A stretch of DNA of 57,528 nt, filler included, from Sphacelaria rigidula (GCA_964200075.2; 4 parts of 4 records of this genome joined end to end with filler, not necessarily neighbours in it); one strand, 5' to 3'; positions 12,020 to 24,040 are shown, counted from the first letter of the whole stretch. Numbers and translations are program-made. Notes: generated by a model from the letters alone, not told the origin.

Positions 12020-12909
12020 CTTCTGCGTAGTCGGATTGCCATGGTCGGCGGAAGTGCCCGACGCCGGGCACGTTGACAACGACTTCTTCTGCACATCTCA
12101 TCAGTCGCCTACCCGCGGTACTACTGTGTATGGCTGTATATGACCCATGATGAACAACCGCCGCGGTCAAACGGTCAACCCTTTGACCGCGATATAGGTC
12201 ATCTGTTGATCGGCATCAATATCACCTGAAGAGGTATCCTTGACTCCGATCATCGACCCTCGCCGTCAAACGGTTAGCCCTTTGATCGTAGTCGAATAGA
12301 CGTGGTCTACGGTGGTTCGCGACGCCGGGCATATTGACAACGATGTTTTGTGCACACCACTTCAGTCGCCTACCTACTGTACCGCTGGGTATGGCTGTAT
12401 ATAACCTATGATGAACAACCGCCGCGGTGAAACGGTCAACCCTTTGACGGCGAAAGTTAAACATCTATTGAATCGGTATCGATTTCTCTCAAAAAAGTAT
12501 GCTAAATTCAGATGACCGACCCATGCAGTCAAACGGTTAACACTTCGACCGCGAGGGCAGGTCACCTGCTGAATCGGCATCAATTTCACTGGGGGAAGTG
12601 TGCGTGATCCAGATGGACTACCCGCATCGCTGTCTAAGGGTTAACCACATTGACCGCCACACTAGGCCATGTGGATCATTGACGATTCAGGAGTTGACCT
12701 ATTATGTATGATGGCGGTAGAAGGGTTAGAATTTTTCGCATCATTAACCCTTTGGGGACCGGATTCGCAGAAACATGCGGTTTGCACGCAGCGGCCTTTT
12801 TGTGAATCAGCATACTTTGAACTTGAAAACGAGTGAAAATGATGCCGATTTACAAATAGGTCCCTGAGTGCAAACTATACATGTTTATGGGGATCCGGTC
12901 CATGAAGGG
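12020..12909. mobile_element. Head-to-tail chain of piggyBac-type MITEs
   Basis: Units bounded by CCCTTTGACCGC...GCGGTCAAA(C/G)GG and separated by TTAA-like tetranucleotides at 12175 (TCAA), 12274 (TTAG), 12436 (TCAA), 12537 (TTAA), 12641 (TTAA) and 12726 (TTAG). A related element follows TTAA at 12744. Confidence 0.7.
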
Positions 12910-13365
12910 TTGACACGACACGGGAACCAGCACAATATATACACACATCTACATCCGAGCGCACCGAGCAACCCTTGGCCACTGCGCTCTTGGGACACAG
13001 GAGTCGTACAGTGAGATGAAGCAAGAATGGAACGGCACTACAGTACACACGCAGTTGCAAACAGTGTAGTGGTGTACTATGTTCGAACATTCGATCGCCA
13101 GAGAATGAAATATGTCGCGTTGAATTAAATGATGTAATCCACCAGTCGTTTTCTGCGTCACGAAGGGCATTTTGTTTCTCAAAGTACCCGGAAGCAGCTG
13201 TGATTCGGTGCCGAACACATGGGGCATGCCTCTCGATATACGTGTACGAGGAGTTCAGCCACTAATCAAAGCTTGAACGGAATCGCTAAAATCTTTGACC
13301 GCGAGGGTAGGCAAGTCATCTGGCTATGATGACATGTCCGCAAGATTTCGAACGAATTTCACTTC

Positions 13366-13690
13366 CGGAACGGGAGGTTTTTCATTATTCATAACCAGGC
13401 TGTCTTATCGCCCGAAACGGCTATAACCCCCCTAAAGATCCGTAATTTGACGGGAGTTCAGCGCAATCGGGTTAAAAATCGCGGTGGTGCCTGCCATGAG
13501 ATACGGCTATAACGTGCATTTCTTTTTTTCGTTTTTCGGACACCTTCTTCTTTATAACTTTGCACTGACCAAGTCTATTTCATATATCTTTGCACCAAAA
13601 GTCCCGTCCGATAACGGGCCTTCAGGGGAGTGACATCAGTTTCGGACGATTCGACCGCCTTGGTGTAATCACGAAAAACCTCCCGTTCCG
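13366..13690. repeat. MITE-like element with an 18-bp perfect inverted repeat
   Basis: CGGAACGGGAGGTTTTTC (13366-13383) pairs with GAAAAACCTCCCGTTCCG (13673-13690). True termini and TSD not resolved. Confidence 0.5.
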
Positions 13691-14309
13691 AAAAAACAAA
13701 ACGATCCTGGTATCACAAACATGTTGTTCGGTGTGGTCATTCTCCAAGTTAATTCGATGCTGATCAAACACATGACCTATCTATCCTCATGGTCAGAGGT
13801 TAGATATTGGGAACAGGTGAAGTACTGTAGATCGTTCTACTATTACTCGTGACAACGTTCGGCGTGATCTTGTTTCTGAAGATGGAGCAGTGCTTTGTGA
13901 AATTTGTACTTGGCGGTGGTGTTTGTTTGGATGAAGGGTGTTGTTGTGGGATGTGCATCGGGTTTTGGCTCTGAAATGACGCTCGTGAAACAAGAACCAC
14001 TACCTGTACTGTATCGGCATGTAGCTCATGTGCGGCAAAATCGGGTCACAAAAATGTTGCGCGAGAATTCAACACGAAATTTACCAGGCGTATGAAAAAA
14101 TTGTTCGTTTGTTCTTTCTTTTCTCTCCCCGTTGAACTCGGGCGAGCTACTTCTCACCGGTTTTCGAGACGTCTCTCTTCTCTTTATTTTTGGTAATGTG
14201 TCTGGTGAGGAATAGCAGGGACGGTATTGGGAAGGCGAGCCTTCGTCTGTGACCACGGGTTCTCGAGATCGGACTAATGTGCGGGAATAATAATAATAAT
14301 AATAATAAT

Positions 14310-14409
14310 NNNNNNNNNNNNNNNNNNNNNNNNNNNNNNNNNNNNNNNNNNNNTTAATTAATTAANNNNNNNNNNNNNNNNNNNNNNNNNNNNNNNNNNN
14401 NNNNNNNNN
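14310..14409. other. Artificial contig-join linker (N44-TTAATTAATTAA-N44)
   Basis: 100-bp N run with a central 12-mer giving stops in all frames. Preceded by an (AAT)n tail. Confidence 0.95.
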
Positions 14410-14509
14410 GTCAAAACAACAAAGCAAAAAAAAAAAGAGTGCCCCCCCCCCCCCCCCCCCACTAGCCTGGTCCGGCGAGATCCCAGCTTGCTCTGTCCCG
14501 GCTTTGTAG

Positions 14510-17500
14510 GGGTGGATCCCCGATGGGGTTGGCGTCGGTTGGCGATGACGCTACAAAACACGTCACTCACTGCGTGAGCTAGGCAACCAGGTTACCGATT
14601 TTTTTGCGCGCTTGCGTTTTTTGCGGTAACCATGATGGTAGTCGAGCTAGATCATGTTGTGCGGCGTGGGAGAACCCCAACTCCGCACAATGAGGATGAT
14701 CGTACAACGTAGTGTTCAAATGTTGAGGCATCCATGAGGCAGTGCAAAAGCTGTGGCTGTCTCAGGAAGTGGGGACACCACAAAATAAAGCAATTCATTG
14801 TAGGCTGTCATCCAAATGCAAGATAATCAGGAGGCTTCGGGCCCAACAGTATTAGCAGTTTTCAACAAGTTTAATGTTTTGATACATAGGAAGTAGCTTA
14901 ACCCTTTGGGAACTAGACCCCCAGGCAGTGCTGATTTTTGTTCTGGTGAATCGGCATCATTTTCAGTCATTTTCAAGTCAAAATGATGCCGATTCACAAA
15001 ACAAGAATCAGCACTTGAGTTCCCAAAGGGTTAAGGATTGATTCGTGCGGTACGGATCAATGACTCTAAAACCAAGTCATCGTGAGACGAATCATGATTT
15101 GACCGACCCTTTGAATACAGCAGCCCGGCAGCTCAAGGCGTGCCCTGTCCAAGCCGTTGCCTCGAGCTAAAGCGCTCTTTGTAGCTTGGCCTGGTGTCGT
15201 CCTATGTCGTCGTTCATTGCCCCTGCATCATCTCGGTTTGCACTCGTGGATATTTCTCGATTCCTTGCTGCCTTACAGGTTCGAGAGAGTACTAGCTTCG
15301 ACGGGCGGCCGATAATGACATTGCCCTACGCATCTCTTATAACGGTCACCGAGAAGCGAGGGGGCTGCGTCAAGATCAGCAGTCCAGGTATGTAATGCTA
15401 TGATTTATACGATCTTGACGTCAAGCATAAGTCATGTTTTTGGACGAAACACGCGGGTCCAAATCACCCAGACCCGCGGTCTAGGAGGTGAAGTGGACGT
15501 GTGCGCAAAGAAGACCATTTACTGTATATGCTGCTCGATTATGTGCAGGCTGCGCGGACCTTTTACGTCCCCTCAAGATAATGGTTGCGAGAGAGTTACA
15601 TGCGCCTGCACGTATCCCATCTAACCGCCAGCCCGGAATGTGTAAGTTTTCACTGTTAGAACGAATAATCACCACTACGAATCACCAAATCCACGATTTC
15701 TTCGGCCTGATTGCCCAAAAGGGAGAAAAAAGTTGACCGGGGGTCCATGGGGTGTCCACGCAACTCTTGCGCCATTCCACGTGTCTGGGCTGCGTGTACC
15801 TGGGTTGCAACGCTGAAAACAAAGCCTAGGGATTGGTTCGTACGATTCGAATCGATTACACTTGAAGCGAGGAATTTCCAGACGAATCATTATTTGTCCG
15901 ACCCTTGTAAGTTTTGCATGTTTGCACGCCTTCCGTAACTTCGCTTTCCCTCTGTTTTAGCTAACCTTCGCGAGTGTAATGCGTGCAGCGTTTGCGGTCA
16001 AGACAAAAATGACACCAACTGCTTTTTTTCTTGTTTTCTGCCTTCAGAAACCTCGACCGAATTGTTTAGATAGTATTGCAAAATGAAGATGTTATTTACG
16101 AATCATGTGCAGACTATGGCATGCATGGTCATGAGTACACCCCCCCCCCCGTTATTTTGCTCCGTCTCGAAAGGGATGCGTGATCAATGGTCAAATGACT
16201 AAGGCAAGCAACAAATGAGTACGCCCCCCCCGTTATTTTCTTCCCCCCCTTCTTTCCTTGGGGGGAAGTATTATGCTGCTTGCTTTAAGCAACGTGCGCT
16301 TTTCGCGTCCAGCTTGTCATCTTGCAAGGACTCACCGAGTATCGCATCCGGGCTTTTCTGAAGTACGATATGGTTTCTGTCTTTGCTCCATCACCCCATC
16401 CTCACCCTCCCCCTCTCATCTTTGTATACAAACAAACGACTACGTCCCTTTCACTGCTTATTTGGCCCGTTTCTTCCCCCCCCCTGGGCCTGCCCGGCAA
16501 AACTTGTTTGAATCAGTCGCCGGCTGGGTGCCTGTGGCTGATAGGGTGGGGTATCTGCTGTTGTCCAAGGGGGGAGCGGAAGCAGGCGTAAAGTGGCGCT
16601 ATAGAGTTGTCTGTCGGCAAGGGGCTTTAGTTCGGCACGGGATCGAGCTGTCCAGTCCCCCGTTGTTCACGCTGCCATGGCATTCGGTGGTGGAGGTGAC
16701 GGATTTTGACAGTCTTCCTTATTTGCAGTTGTTCAGGGGACGCATGTGGGTTGGGGGGAGGGGCGTACTCATTTGTTGCTTGCCTTAGTCGTTAGACCAT
16801 TGACCACGTATCCCTTTCAAGACGGAGCACCGTTCCTACTCCTAATTGAGACATCTCCAATATTTCGGTGCTCATCATGTTTCGTCCATACATTGATTAC
16901 ATTACACAAAATATTTCCCATATCTTGGACGGGGGGGGGGGGGGGGGGAAAGAGGCCTCGGTGTTCCTTTATTCCGAACAGGGGGGGGGGGCAAGAGAAA
17001 CGTGTCCGGGGGGGGGGTGGGCCGTCGTNNNNNNNNNNAACTCTAGTGTCCTAAATAGTTTTTGAACAGAGAAAAATAACAAAAACAAAGATGTGTGTGA
17101 GGGGGGGGGGGGGGGGGGGGGGGAAAGAAGGCTGCTCGTTCCTTTATACTGAACAGGGAGCGAGGGAAAGAGAAGCATGTACGTGTAGGAGATGGTCCAG
17201 CCTTTCATTCTGTTTCGTTTTTCGTTCGTCGTGGTGTGAGATGTTGTTGTCTGTGGTAAGGAGCGTAGCGGTCGCCTCGACATGTTTTCCGAGAGCATCC
17301 CCTCCTCAGGGTGGTCTGTTTTATTCGTGTGTCCCTTGTGGCCAGTAAATGTACGGCGACCCTCATTTGTTTTTTCTCTTCGTAATGCCTGCCCCACGTT
17401 CGCCATCACTTCGTTCCCCCCTGCCCGCCTGTGGTCCATGTACCCGCAGGTTTTAGAGCGAAGAATCAATGACGCTGGTTTGCCACGTCTCAGAATAGTG

Positions 17501-19567
17501 GAGGGATGGATTAGTGAGGTTCTGAATCCGTTGTCCGGCCAGGTATAAGCATGAGAGGAACATCGTCGCCGTTCGGATGACGTGTGTGCCGGAAAATCGA
17601 GAATTGATGACCAATTTTTCCACCTCCCAAAAGTACGCTTTAGCGTGTAGCCCCCCTACTTTCCCCTCTCCATCTCTCGTCCTCCTAGTTTGTTCAATTG
17701 ATCATAGTCCGCAGCTATTAATAAGAGTTCCTGTCGAATAGTGCGGTCTTACGCATAGCTGAGATCGCAATCTACTTTCATGGCGTTGCCTTTCGCACGG
17801 CCTCCTCATCTGAAGCCCTCGCAGGGGACCATTGCAGATCTTTCTCGGGGCTCTTAGCGGGTTACTCAGCGTGGTGTCTCGTGTAATTACCTTCCTTTTG
17901 TTTTCCTTTTGTCTGACTGTCTGTCTATCTTCTGCGTTTAGCCCCCTGTTCGTTTTTTTTCGCCCGTTGGTACGCACCTACAGTGCGCGTCTATGTGGTA
18001 GCCGTGGCTTCAAATATGGCGGATCATCACTTGGAAAATGGCAAACAATCGATTAATCGTGCACTACTACTACTACTTCTACTACTACTACCACCTGTGC
18101 CTCATTTCTTGAACTTCTTGCCCCTGTCTCAATTATATTCTCTCCCTGGCTTTTCCTCTTTGGTGTCCCTCTTCTGACTTCAGCGAGGGCCAGTGGTGGA
18201 AATACTCCGACTGCTGAGGCCCTTACGGTACAAGGTGACGTTGGTGGAGGGGGCTGTCGTGAGGAGATCGGTGGAGCTTGCGTCGAACGAAGTCAAGCGG
18301 CTAATGTACGGAGAAATAGTCGAGGTTCGAGCATTTGGACACTGGTGGCTCTGGGTACTCGATACTGGAACAAGCGGGATGACGATGCGGAAGTACAGTA
18401 GACTAACTTACATGAAGGACGATTGTATTCAGAGTCTCCGAGCACATGTTCTGTAGGCAACTATTGTGTAGTCAGATGCTGTCTGTCCCATGAGGCCCCG
18501 TCTTCAACAAACAGAAGGGATCAGGACGATGGTTAGCCCACGCGTGGCAATCATTTCACTTTCCCTTTCGCACTCTATCGGGATTGCTCCTCTGCTCCCA
18601 GGCCGCGTCTGATCACATTGTCTTTGACTCGAAAACCTGCGGTGGAATCGAATTCGCTCGTCGTACCTGATACGTCCCAGTGATATTCCTGTTCTCAACG
18701 ATGTGAGAAAACAAAAGGCCCGGACGAATTATATACGAGCAAATTCGATTTCGACCACGTGAAATAAATATGATAGAACGCGGCCTCACAAGCGTTTGTT
18801 TCAAAAATGAGTACGTTGAAGGAGAACGGAGGAGCGATGCGATGAGAATCGGAAAGGGAACATGAAATGGTTGCGACGCGCGGGCTGTTCGCCATCGCCA
18901 CTCTCAGGCCGTGTCTTAGCACATCATATCTCGATCGAGAAAGTGCGGTGGAAAACAAAAATCCCTATCTGATGGGTCATAATTTCAACAATTTTCAGAA
19001 TCAACGACGATGGTTGAAATTACCACCAATCATATCGGGATTTTTGTTTCCTACCGCACAACTTGGATCGGAAACTGATGTGCTAAGACATCCCCCTCAT
19101 TGTCACAAATGTCATTCTCATTATCATCCGGTTCGTGTAGGTAGGACCTGACCTCCACAGGAAAAGGGTTTAGTGAGTACGAGAATAGTTGAACGAACCC
19201 AGGGTTATTATCCGAACCACACTCTCGTGGGGGAGGTTACTGCAGCCACCGCGAAGCCTATCGATGACCGCATCGGAACACACGGTAAGAAACACGTAAA
19301 GGAGAGTACCGTACGTTTCTATTGCCGTGCTTTGGACTGCTCCATGTAGTGTATTCTGAAGTACAGCAGCGTCACGCGAAGCCTTGAGATCGATCATTGT
19401 ATGGATTCTGTAGGTGTGGCTTTTGTCTCGCTCCCGGGGCTCTCTCGTCCAGGACATTCCGTGATTTGTCCGCTTCACTGCCCCTCCGATCTCGTGGCTG
19501 CAGGTGTCTGCGAAACAGTTTAGCGACCTGGGTCACCGATGCGTACAGCGGCTGAAGCTTGCCGACG
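14510..19567 (+). CDS. Multi-exon gene with three tandem SH3b-like repeats (partial). Exons: 14510-14573 (tentative), 15279-15387, 16517-16695, 17450-17542, 18184-18324, 19504-19567
   Basis: All junctions are AG/GT and phase-compatible. The spliced protein reads ...VRESTSFDGRPIMTLPYASLITVTEKRGGCVKISSP|VAGWV...YRVVCRQGALVRHGIELSSPPLFTLPWHSVVE|VLERRINDAGLPRLRIVEGWISE...|...YKVTLVEGAVVRRSVELASNEVKRLMYGEIVE|VSAKQ...RLKLAD. The VR...S..(I/L)..L..G..V.V.......GW pattern is SH3b-like. The 5' and 3' ends were not located. Confidence 0.8.
14902..15030. mobile_element. Intact piggyBac-type MITE (129 bp)
   Basis: TTAA TSD on both sides (14898-14901, 15031-15034), perfect 13-bp TIR CCCTTTGGGAACT and a long internal inverted repeat. 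Confidence 0.85.
16162..16222 (+). repeat. 3' end fragment of the CCHC-type LINE family
   Basis: Encodes PSRKGCVINGQMTKASNK*, the same as the end of the 35742-35984 ORF. Confidence 0.7.
16765..16927 (-). repeat. 3' end fragment of the CCHC-type LINE family
   Basis: Closely similar to 35739-35890; inverted relative to the 16162 copy. Confidence 0.75.
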
Positions 19568-19636
19568 GTGAGTGTAGGCACTGTACCGCTGGTGTTTTTA
19601 TTCTCATTCCGCTTTCCAAAAATATGTACGAGTATA

Positions 19637-21046
19637 CTTCCTCTGTGCCATAAGTAAAGGTCCCTATGATTCCACGGACCCTTAACGACGTGATACTTGA
19701 TCGTCGATCTTTTTATTGCATCCGTCGGCGTTTTTCGAGCTTAAACCAACATTCTTTCTCTACAACGTGGGTGCTTGACCCATGCAGCCGCGCGGCCAAG
19801 AGAAGTAGGTCGGTTCAAACACGGCCATTTTTTGCTTGTTTTCCCAGGAAAGCATGAGGGACCCGGGAACACGAAGAAAAGCGAAAAATTTGCCAGAAAA
19901 ATTGAAAATCGCGAAGTCACTGTTGGTTTCGGGCAAGTCCGTGATGTTAACCTACGCACGCCCCATCCAACACTTTGTTAGCATGTAAGGCCGCTTCTTG
20001 AAGACTGAAAAAGTCTCTGAGAAAAGTCGTCCGAAGTGACTTTTCTCAGAGACTTTCTTCAGAGAAATCAGTTTTCAGAACCTCACCTTATAGTCTATGA
20101 AAGAATCCTGGGGATTTGTACACCCGAGGCCATCATCTAGTCTGCGTGCAGACCCTGGTCGCAAGCGGCGCAATGTGTGCAGCAGACCGTTTGTGCCATA
20201 CAGCACACAACAAATTCACGTGACAGTTACTAGTGCGGTAGCAACCGTCTCAGCACGCAGAATACTACAGAGTCCGCAATCGGTGGCGGGCACGATAAGC
20301 ATGAAACGATACGAGCAGTCAACGCAGCCAGCAGGGGCGACATCGTGGTATTTTACGGTAGTAACGCTGCCGGCAAAAAAGTACTGTACTGTCTGTATTG
20401 TCTGTCCCTGGTCCTACGGTCATGAAGAGGATGCACGGAGTGCTGCAGCAGCTATGCTATACAACATGAACAACTACTTTTGCACTGACTGTACTAGGCT
20501 TGTATGTGAGGAGTGTGTGAAGGAGCACTGACTGTACCATTGCGGGTGCGGTGNNNNNNNNNNCGAGGAATGCGTGATGGAACGACAATTCCCAGACAGA
20601 GAAAAGTTTCTGCGAATCGATGGCTTTTTCGCAGAGAGATTTGGCAAAATCCCGCTGTCTGGAAATTGTGGCCAGTTTCCGGAGACTTTTTTCATGAAAA
20701 ATGAACCTGTAAGGTCGCGTTCTGAAAAAAGTCTCTGGAGACTGACCAAATCGACTTTTCTCAGAGACTTTTTTCAATCTGTAAGAAGCGGCCTGATTGC
20801 TAGTGCTGCACGTGAAAACGACCAAAAATCGGTCAATGATGGGGTATAAATGGATAAAAAAGGGTCAAAATCGGGTATATTTTGACATGATATTAGTGAT
20901 GAGCACTAATATTTCTTCGTTTTTTTTCATCAGCTTCGTCTGCGCTTCACCTCTTTACCAAACTCAACCGTAGGATGATCGTCAACGTGGAAATACCCAA
21001 ACGAGTAAACGCCCCATGAGGACCTTTACATGTGGCACAGAGGAAG
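19637..21046. mobile_element. Tc1/mariner (Stowaway-like) non-autonomous element with a nested insertion
   Basis: TIR CTTCCTCTGTGCCA...GTAAAGGTCC at both ends, flanked by TA (19635-36, 21047-48). Resembles the Stowaway terminus CTCCCTCCGT. Confidence 0.75.
19989..20793. mobile_element. PIF/Harbinger-type MITE nested in the Stowaway-like element
   Basis: About 40-bp imperfect TIR GGCCGCTTCTT...AAAAAGTCTCTGAGAAAAGTCG, flanked by TAA/TGA. Contains a 10-N gap. Confidence 0.75.
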
Positions 21047-21357
21047 TATATACATTATTTCCGTCGCATTGGTCTCACTCGAATCAGACCCATCCGGTAA
21101 GCGTGAACGGTGGTGCGATCTTGATTGATAGTGACGGTGATCGCTGGAGGAAAAAAAATGGCAACTAGCCAATTTCGGAGAAGCGGGTTTACTCGAGTTC
21201 TCAGTCAGAAATCCGTGGTGAAACGTATTTCATGTCGTCAATCCCCAACGATGAACCCAACCCAAATTCCAACTCCAACCCAAGGCAGCCTCGGAACCCC
21301 GAGTCGAAGGGCGATGCATCGGGTGTTCTGGGCAGGGTATCCGTCGACCAACCCTAA

Positions 21358-21452
21358 CCCTTAGACCGCGAGGTTAGTCTTCTGTTTAATCGGCATCAGT
21401 TTCAAGTGAAAAAAAGTACGCATGATCCAGAAAGACTAATCTCGCGGTCTAA
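21358..21452. mobile_element. piggyBac-type short MITE (same family as 12541-12640), right end interrupted
   Basis: CCCTTAGACCGCGAG...AATCGGCATCA...GATCCAG...CTCGCGGTCTAA. Confidence 0.65.
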
Positions 21453-21930
21453 GGCCGTTTCTTCCGGTTCGTATTTTGTTTGGCTCGTATTTTCCACTTT
21501 TAGGACATTTGACAAGGTTTTTGACCCCCAAACAGGGAAAATCGCTGCCAAACGTCTTGGACACTTTGTATCACCCTACCAAGAGGAGTCTAGCCCACTT
21601 TTCCGATTCGCTTGGGTCAAAGATTACGAGAGCAGCCTCTGGACAAAAATACGAGGAGAACATATAATGCACAGTCTGTATGTATTTCAGCTTGAAAATA
21701 CCTACAGACTGTGCATTATATGTTTTCCTCGTATTTTTGTCCAGAGGCCGCTCTCGAAATCTTTGACCCAAGCGAATCGAAAAGGTGCGCTAGACTCCTC
21801 TTGGTAGGGTGATACAAAGTGTCCAAGACGTGTGGCAGCGATTTTCCCTGTTTGGGGGTCAAAAACCTTGTCAAATGTCCGAAAAGTGGAAAATACGAGC
21901 CAAACAAAATACGAACCGGAAGAAACGGCC
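21453..21930. mobile_element. Foldback (fully palindromic) PIF/Harbinger-like MITE, 478 bp
   Basis: Arms of about 235 bp are near-perfect reverse complements (GGCCGTTTCTTCCGGTTCG...CGAACCGGAAGAAACGGCC) with the centre near 21690. Flanks TAA/CAA. Confidence 0.9.
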
Positions 21931-22739
21931 CAAGCTATGAACCATCAACCATGTGTTGCTCAAAAATCGTCAATTGCAAATGAACAATTTTCCATTGTGA
22001 GTTCCAAAAGGGTTAAAAAAACATCGCCTCCCATCAGCCAACAATTCGACAACATAACTGCTGAAATAAAGAGGAGTACCGCGGAGGGTATATAGCGCAG
22101 GAGAGCGGTCATGCCTAATCGCACCATCTGGGTGGAGCTCCGCCTACTTTTCACTTCTGATGTGACGTGAAATGATTTGTATGTGTACTGCACCCCAAAC
22201 ATCAAACGCGGACGTTGCACAAGTGTACTGAACGCTCAAGCACAGTGCTGTAGCAGCATTACACACATCTCACCGGGTGATGGGTACTTGTCACAGCCAA
22301 CCTGCTTCCACCAGCTGACGCCCGCCCACCTCCCACAACGAAGCATTCAACGGAAGACCCTATACCCGCCAGCACCAGCAACAGACCAGCGGTTGCTGTG
22401 ACTCCGTTCGTCGAATTGCTGCACACAATCGTTCCTGTTGATGTGGTCCTACGGGGAAAATTCGTGCGCTAGGCAAGGCCTCCACGAGACCTGCAAATCA
22501 ACTATAATGCAACGCCGACCATAGACGTAATAGCGTTGTATCCGATGTCCGCCTTATCCCCCGCATGGGGTTCGTGGAAGATTAGAAAAGGTGGGGTGCA
22601 GCTGGCTGCGGCTTGGCACGGGAGAATAATGACTAATGACTTGTATTCAACGCGTTTCCACAAAATTATGGCATTAACAAAGCAAGAACAGACCATGTAG
22701 TACTCGATCACGATGCTTCGCAGTAGGGAAAAACGTGCC

Positions 22740-23040
22740 TTTTTTTCCCCCCCTACACTTTGAACACCTCCCCTTCCTCGGGATGAGTCCGTGGTCTCGA
22801 GGGATCAACCCATCTCTCCCCCGGTACGCGCCTTACGTTTTGGTCCCGCGGATTGGGTCAGCACTCCCGCACCGCGTCAACTCACGTCACAGAAACCCAG
22901 TCGACTACTACGTTCTTTACACTCACGTTCTCACGCTTTCCACGGTGGAAATTGTACAGTACGAAGAAAAACCGAACGCATCGGGAATTGAACTCCCATT
23001 CTCTCCACCCTAATGGCGACAGTCGGACTGCCGCGCCCAT
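22740..23040 (-). mobile_element. tRNA-derived SINE, family 1
   Basis: Reverse-complement homologue of 39305-39635, with a degenerate tRNA-like head at 22980-23040. Confidence 0.75.
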
Positions 23041-23204
23041 TTTGATGTATTTTTGTACCGAAATTGCGCCTGGATATGCACACAACTACACACCCCCTGA
23101 GGATGCCAACGTATTCTTTTTTTTATGCAGAACTTCGAATTGCTTTGACTCCGTTCGTTTTTCCCGTCTCTTCGCTAGACCCACTTTCATGGCAACGAAT
23201 TTCG

Positions 23205-23525
23205 GTTTGTACCAACATGAGGACTTCAGCCCATCCACAGGCGGTTTTCTCCCGTGAAATGATTTTTTAGGACCCTAGGCCGGTGGGCAGTGTTTTTCGT
23301 CAAGCTGTGAGCAAACCAGATCAATTCTTCGATTCTCTGGACGTTGGCCTTCGGTTCGCCACCTTTCTGCCCAAATCGGGACACTCCCTCATCTCCCCCG
23401 CTTTTTTCCTTGGTGGTCCCTGCTAGACGAAAAACATCGCCCAAACTGGGTCCGAAAATTCAATCTTCCTTGAGAAAGTCGCATGTATACGGGCTGAAAT
23501 CCTCATATTTGTTCTACTCGGTATT
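23205..23525. repeat. Palindromic MITE family member (also at 41380-41845 and 55371-55840)
   Basis: Shared core ...GTTTTTCG...CCAGATCAATT.T.CGATTC... and long imperfect inverted arms. Confidence 0.6.
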
Positions 23526-23699
23526 TGTTCCCATTGAAGTGAGTCTCACATCCCCCGCTAGGTTGTGCAGTGCGTTCTCATGAAAAAATCATCAAGCTAC
23601 TCGAGTTACTCACAGCGGGGCCCGGAACCATTCAACAACTAACGCCAGCTGGACCAGCACGGAGCATTGGCGGAACACCAACTGTTGTTACTCCCGCGC

Positions 23700-24040
23700 G
23701 TGTGTGTGTGTTGTGTTCTCGTCCGATTTGTTTTGGGCAGCAGTCTACTCTTTCCGGTGTATGTGGGTGGCTCATCCAGGGTCACACAGGAGCATTTTCC
23801 TTCTTCATTTGATTTTATTACCGCACCTTGCTTCCGCGGTGCTTGCGTTTATTTTCATCGCGAGGGGGGCCTAGCAGTCCCCTTCCCTCGTCGACCGTCA
23901 GGTGGAATCTTGTGTACCAACGACATAGTCGCTCTTCACTGTTGGGCATGGTGTGAGAAAAGATTCCACAGCTCCGGGAATCGAACCCCCCTGCTCTACC
24001 ATAAGGTTTCGAGGTTACCAACTGAGCCACCGGGGCGCTC
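23700..24040 (-). mobile_element. tRNA-derived SINE, family 2
   Basis: Minus-strand head CCCCGGTGGCTCAGTTGG (A box) ... GGTTCGATTCC (B box), with a (CA)n tail. Homologous to 29075-29440. Confidence 0.8.

Noticed and set aside
21345..21365. CCCTAACCCT telomere-like motif (also near 10750 and 47035)
   Set aside because: Fewer than two full units; the 21355 case overlaps a MITE terminus.
21406..21907. Mirror-image ORFs on both strands
   Set aside because: Artefact of the foldback palindrome.
19140..22170. Candidate further exons of the SH3b-like gene (19140 VGPDLHRKRV*, a 9-nt microexon near 21090, 22101 ...PSGWSS...)
   Set aside because: Weak acceptors or poor motif fit; cannot be chosen without transcripts.
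23960..24040. tRNA genes at the SINE heads (also 39305-39375)
   Set aside because: A/B boxes are present but no intact cloverleaf is evident, and each continues into a shared repeat body and tail.
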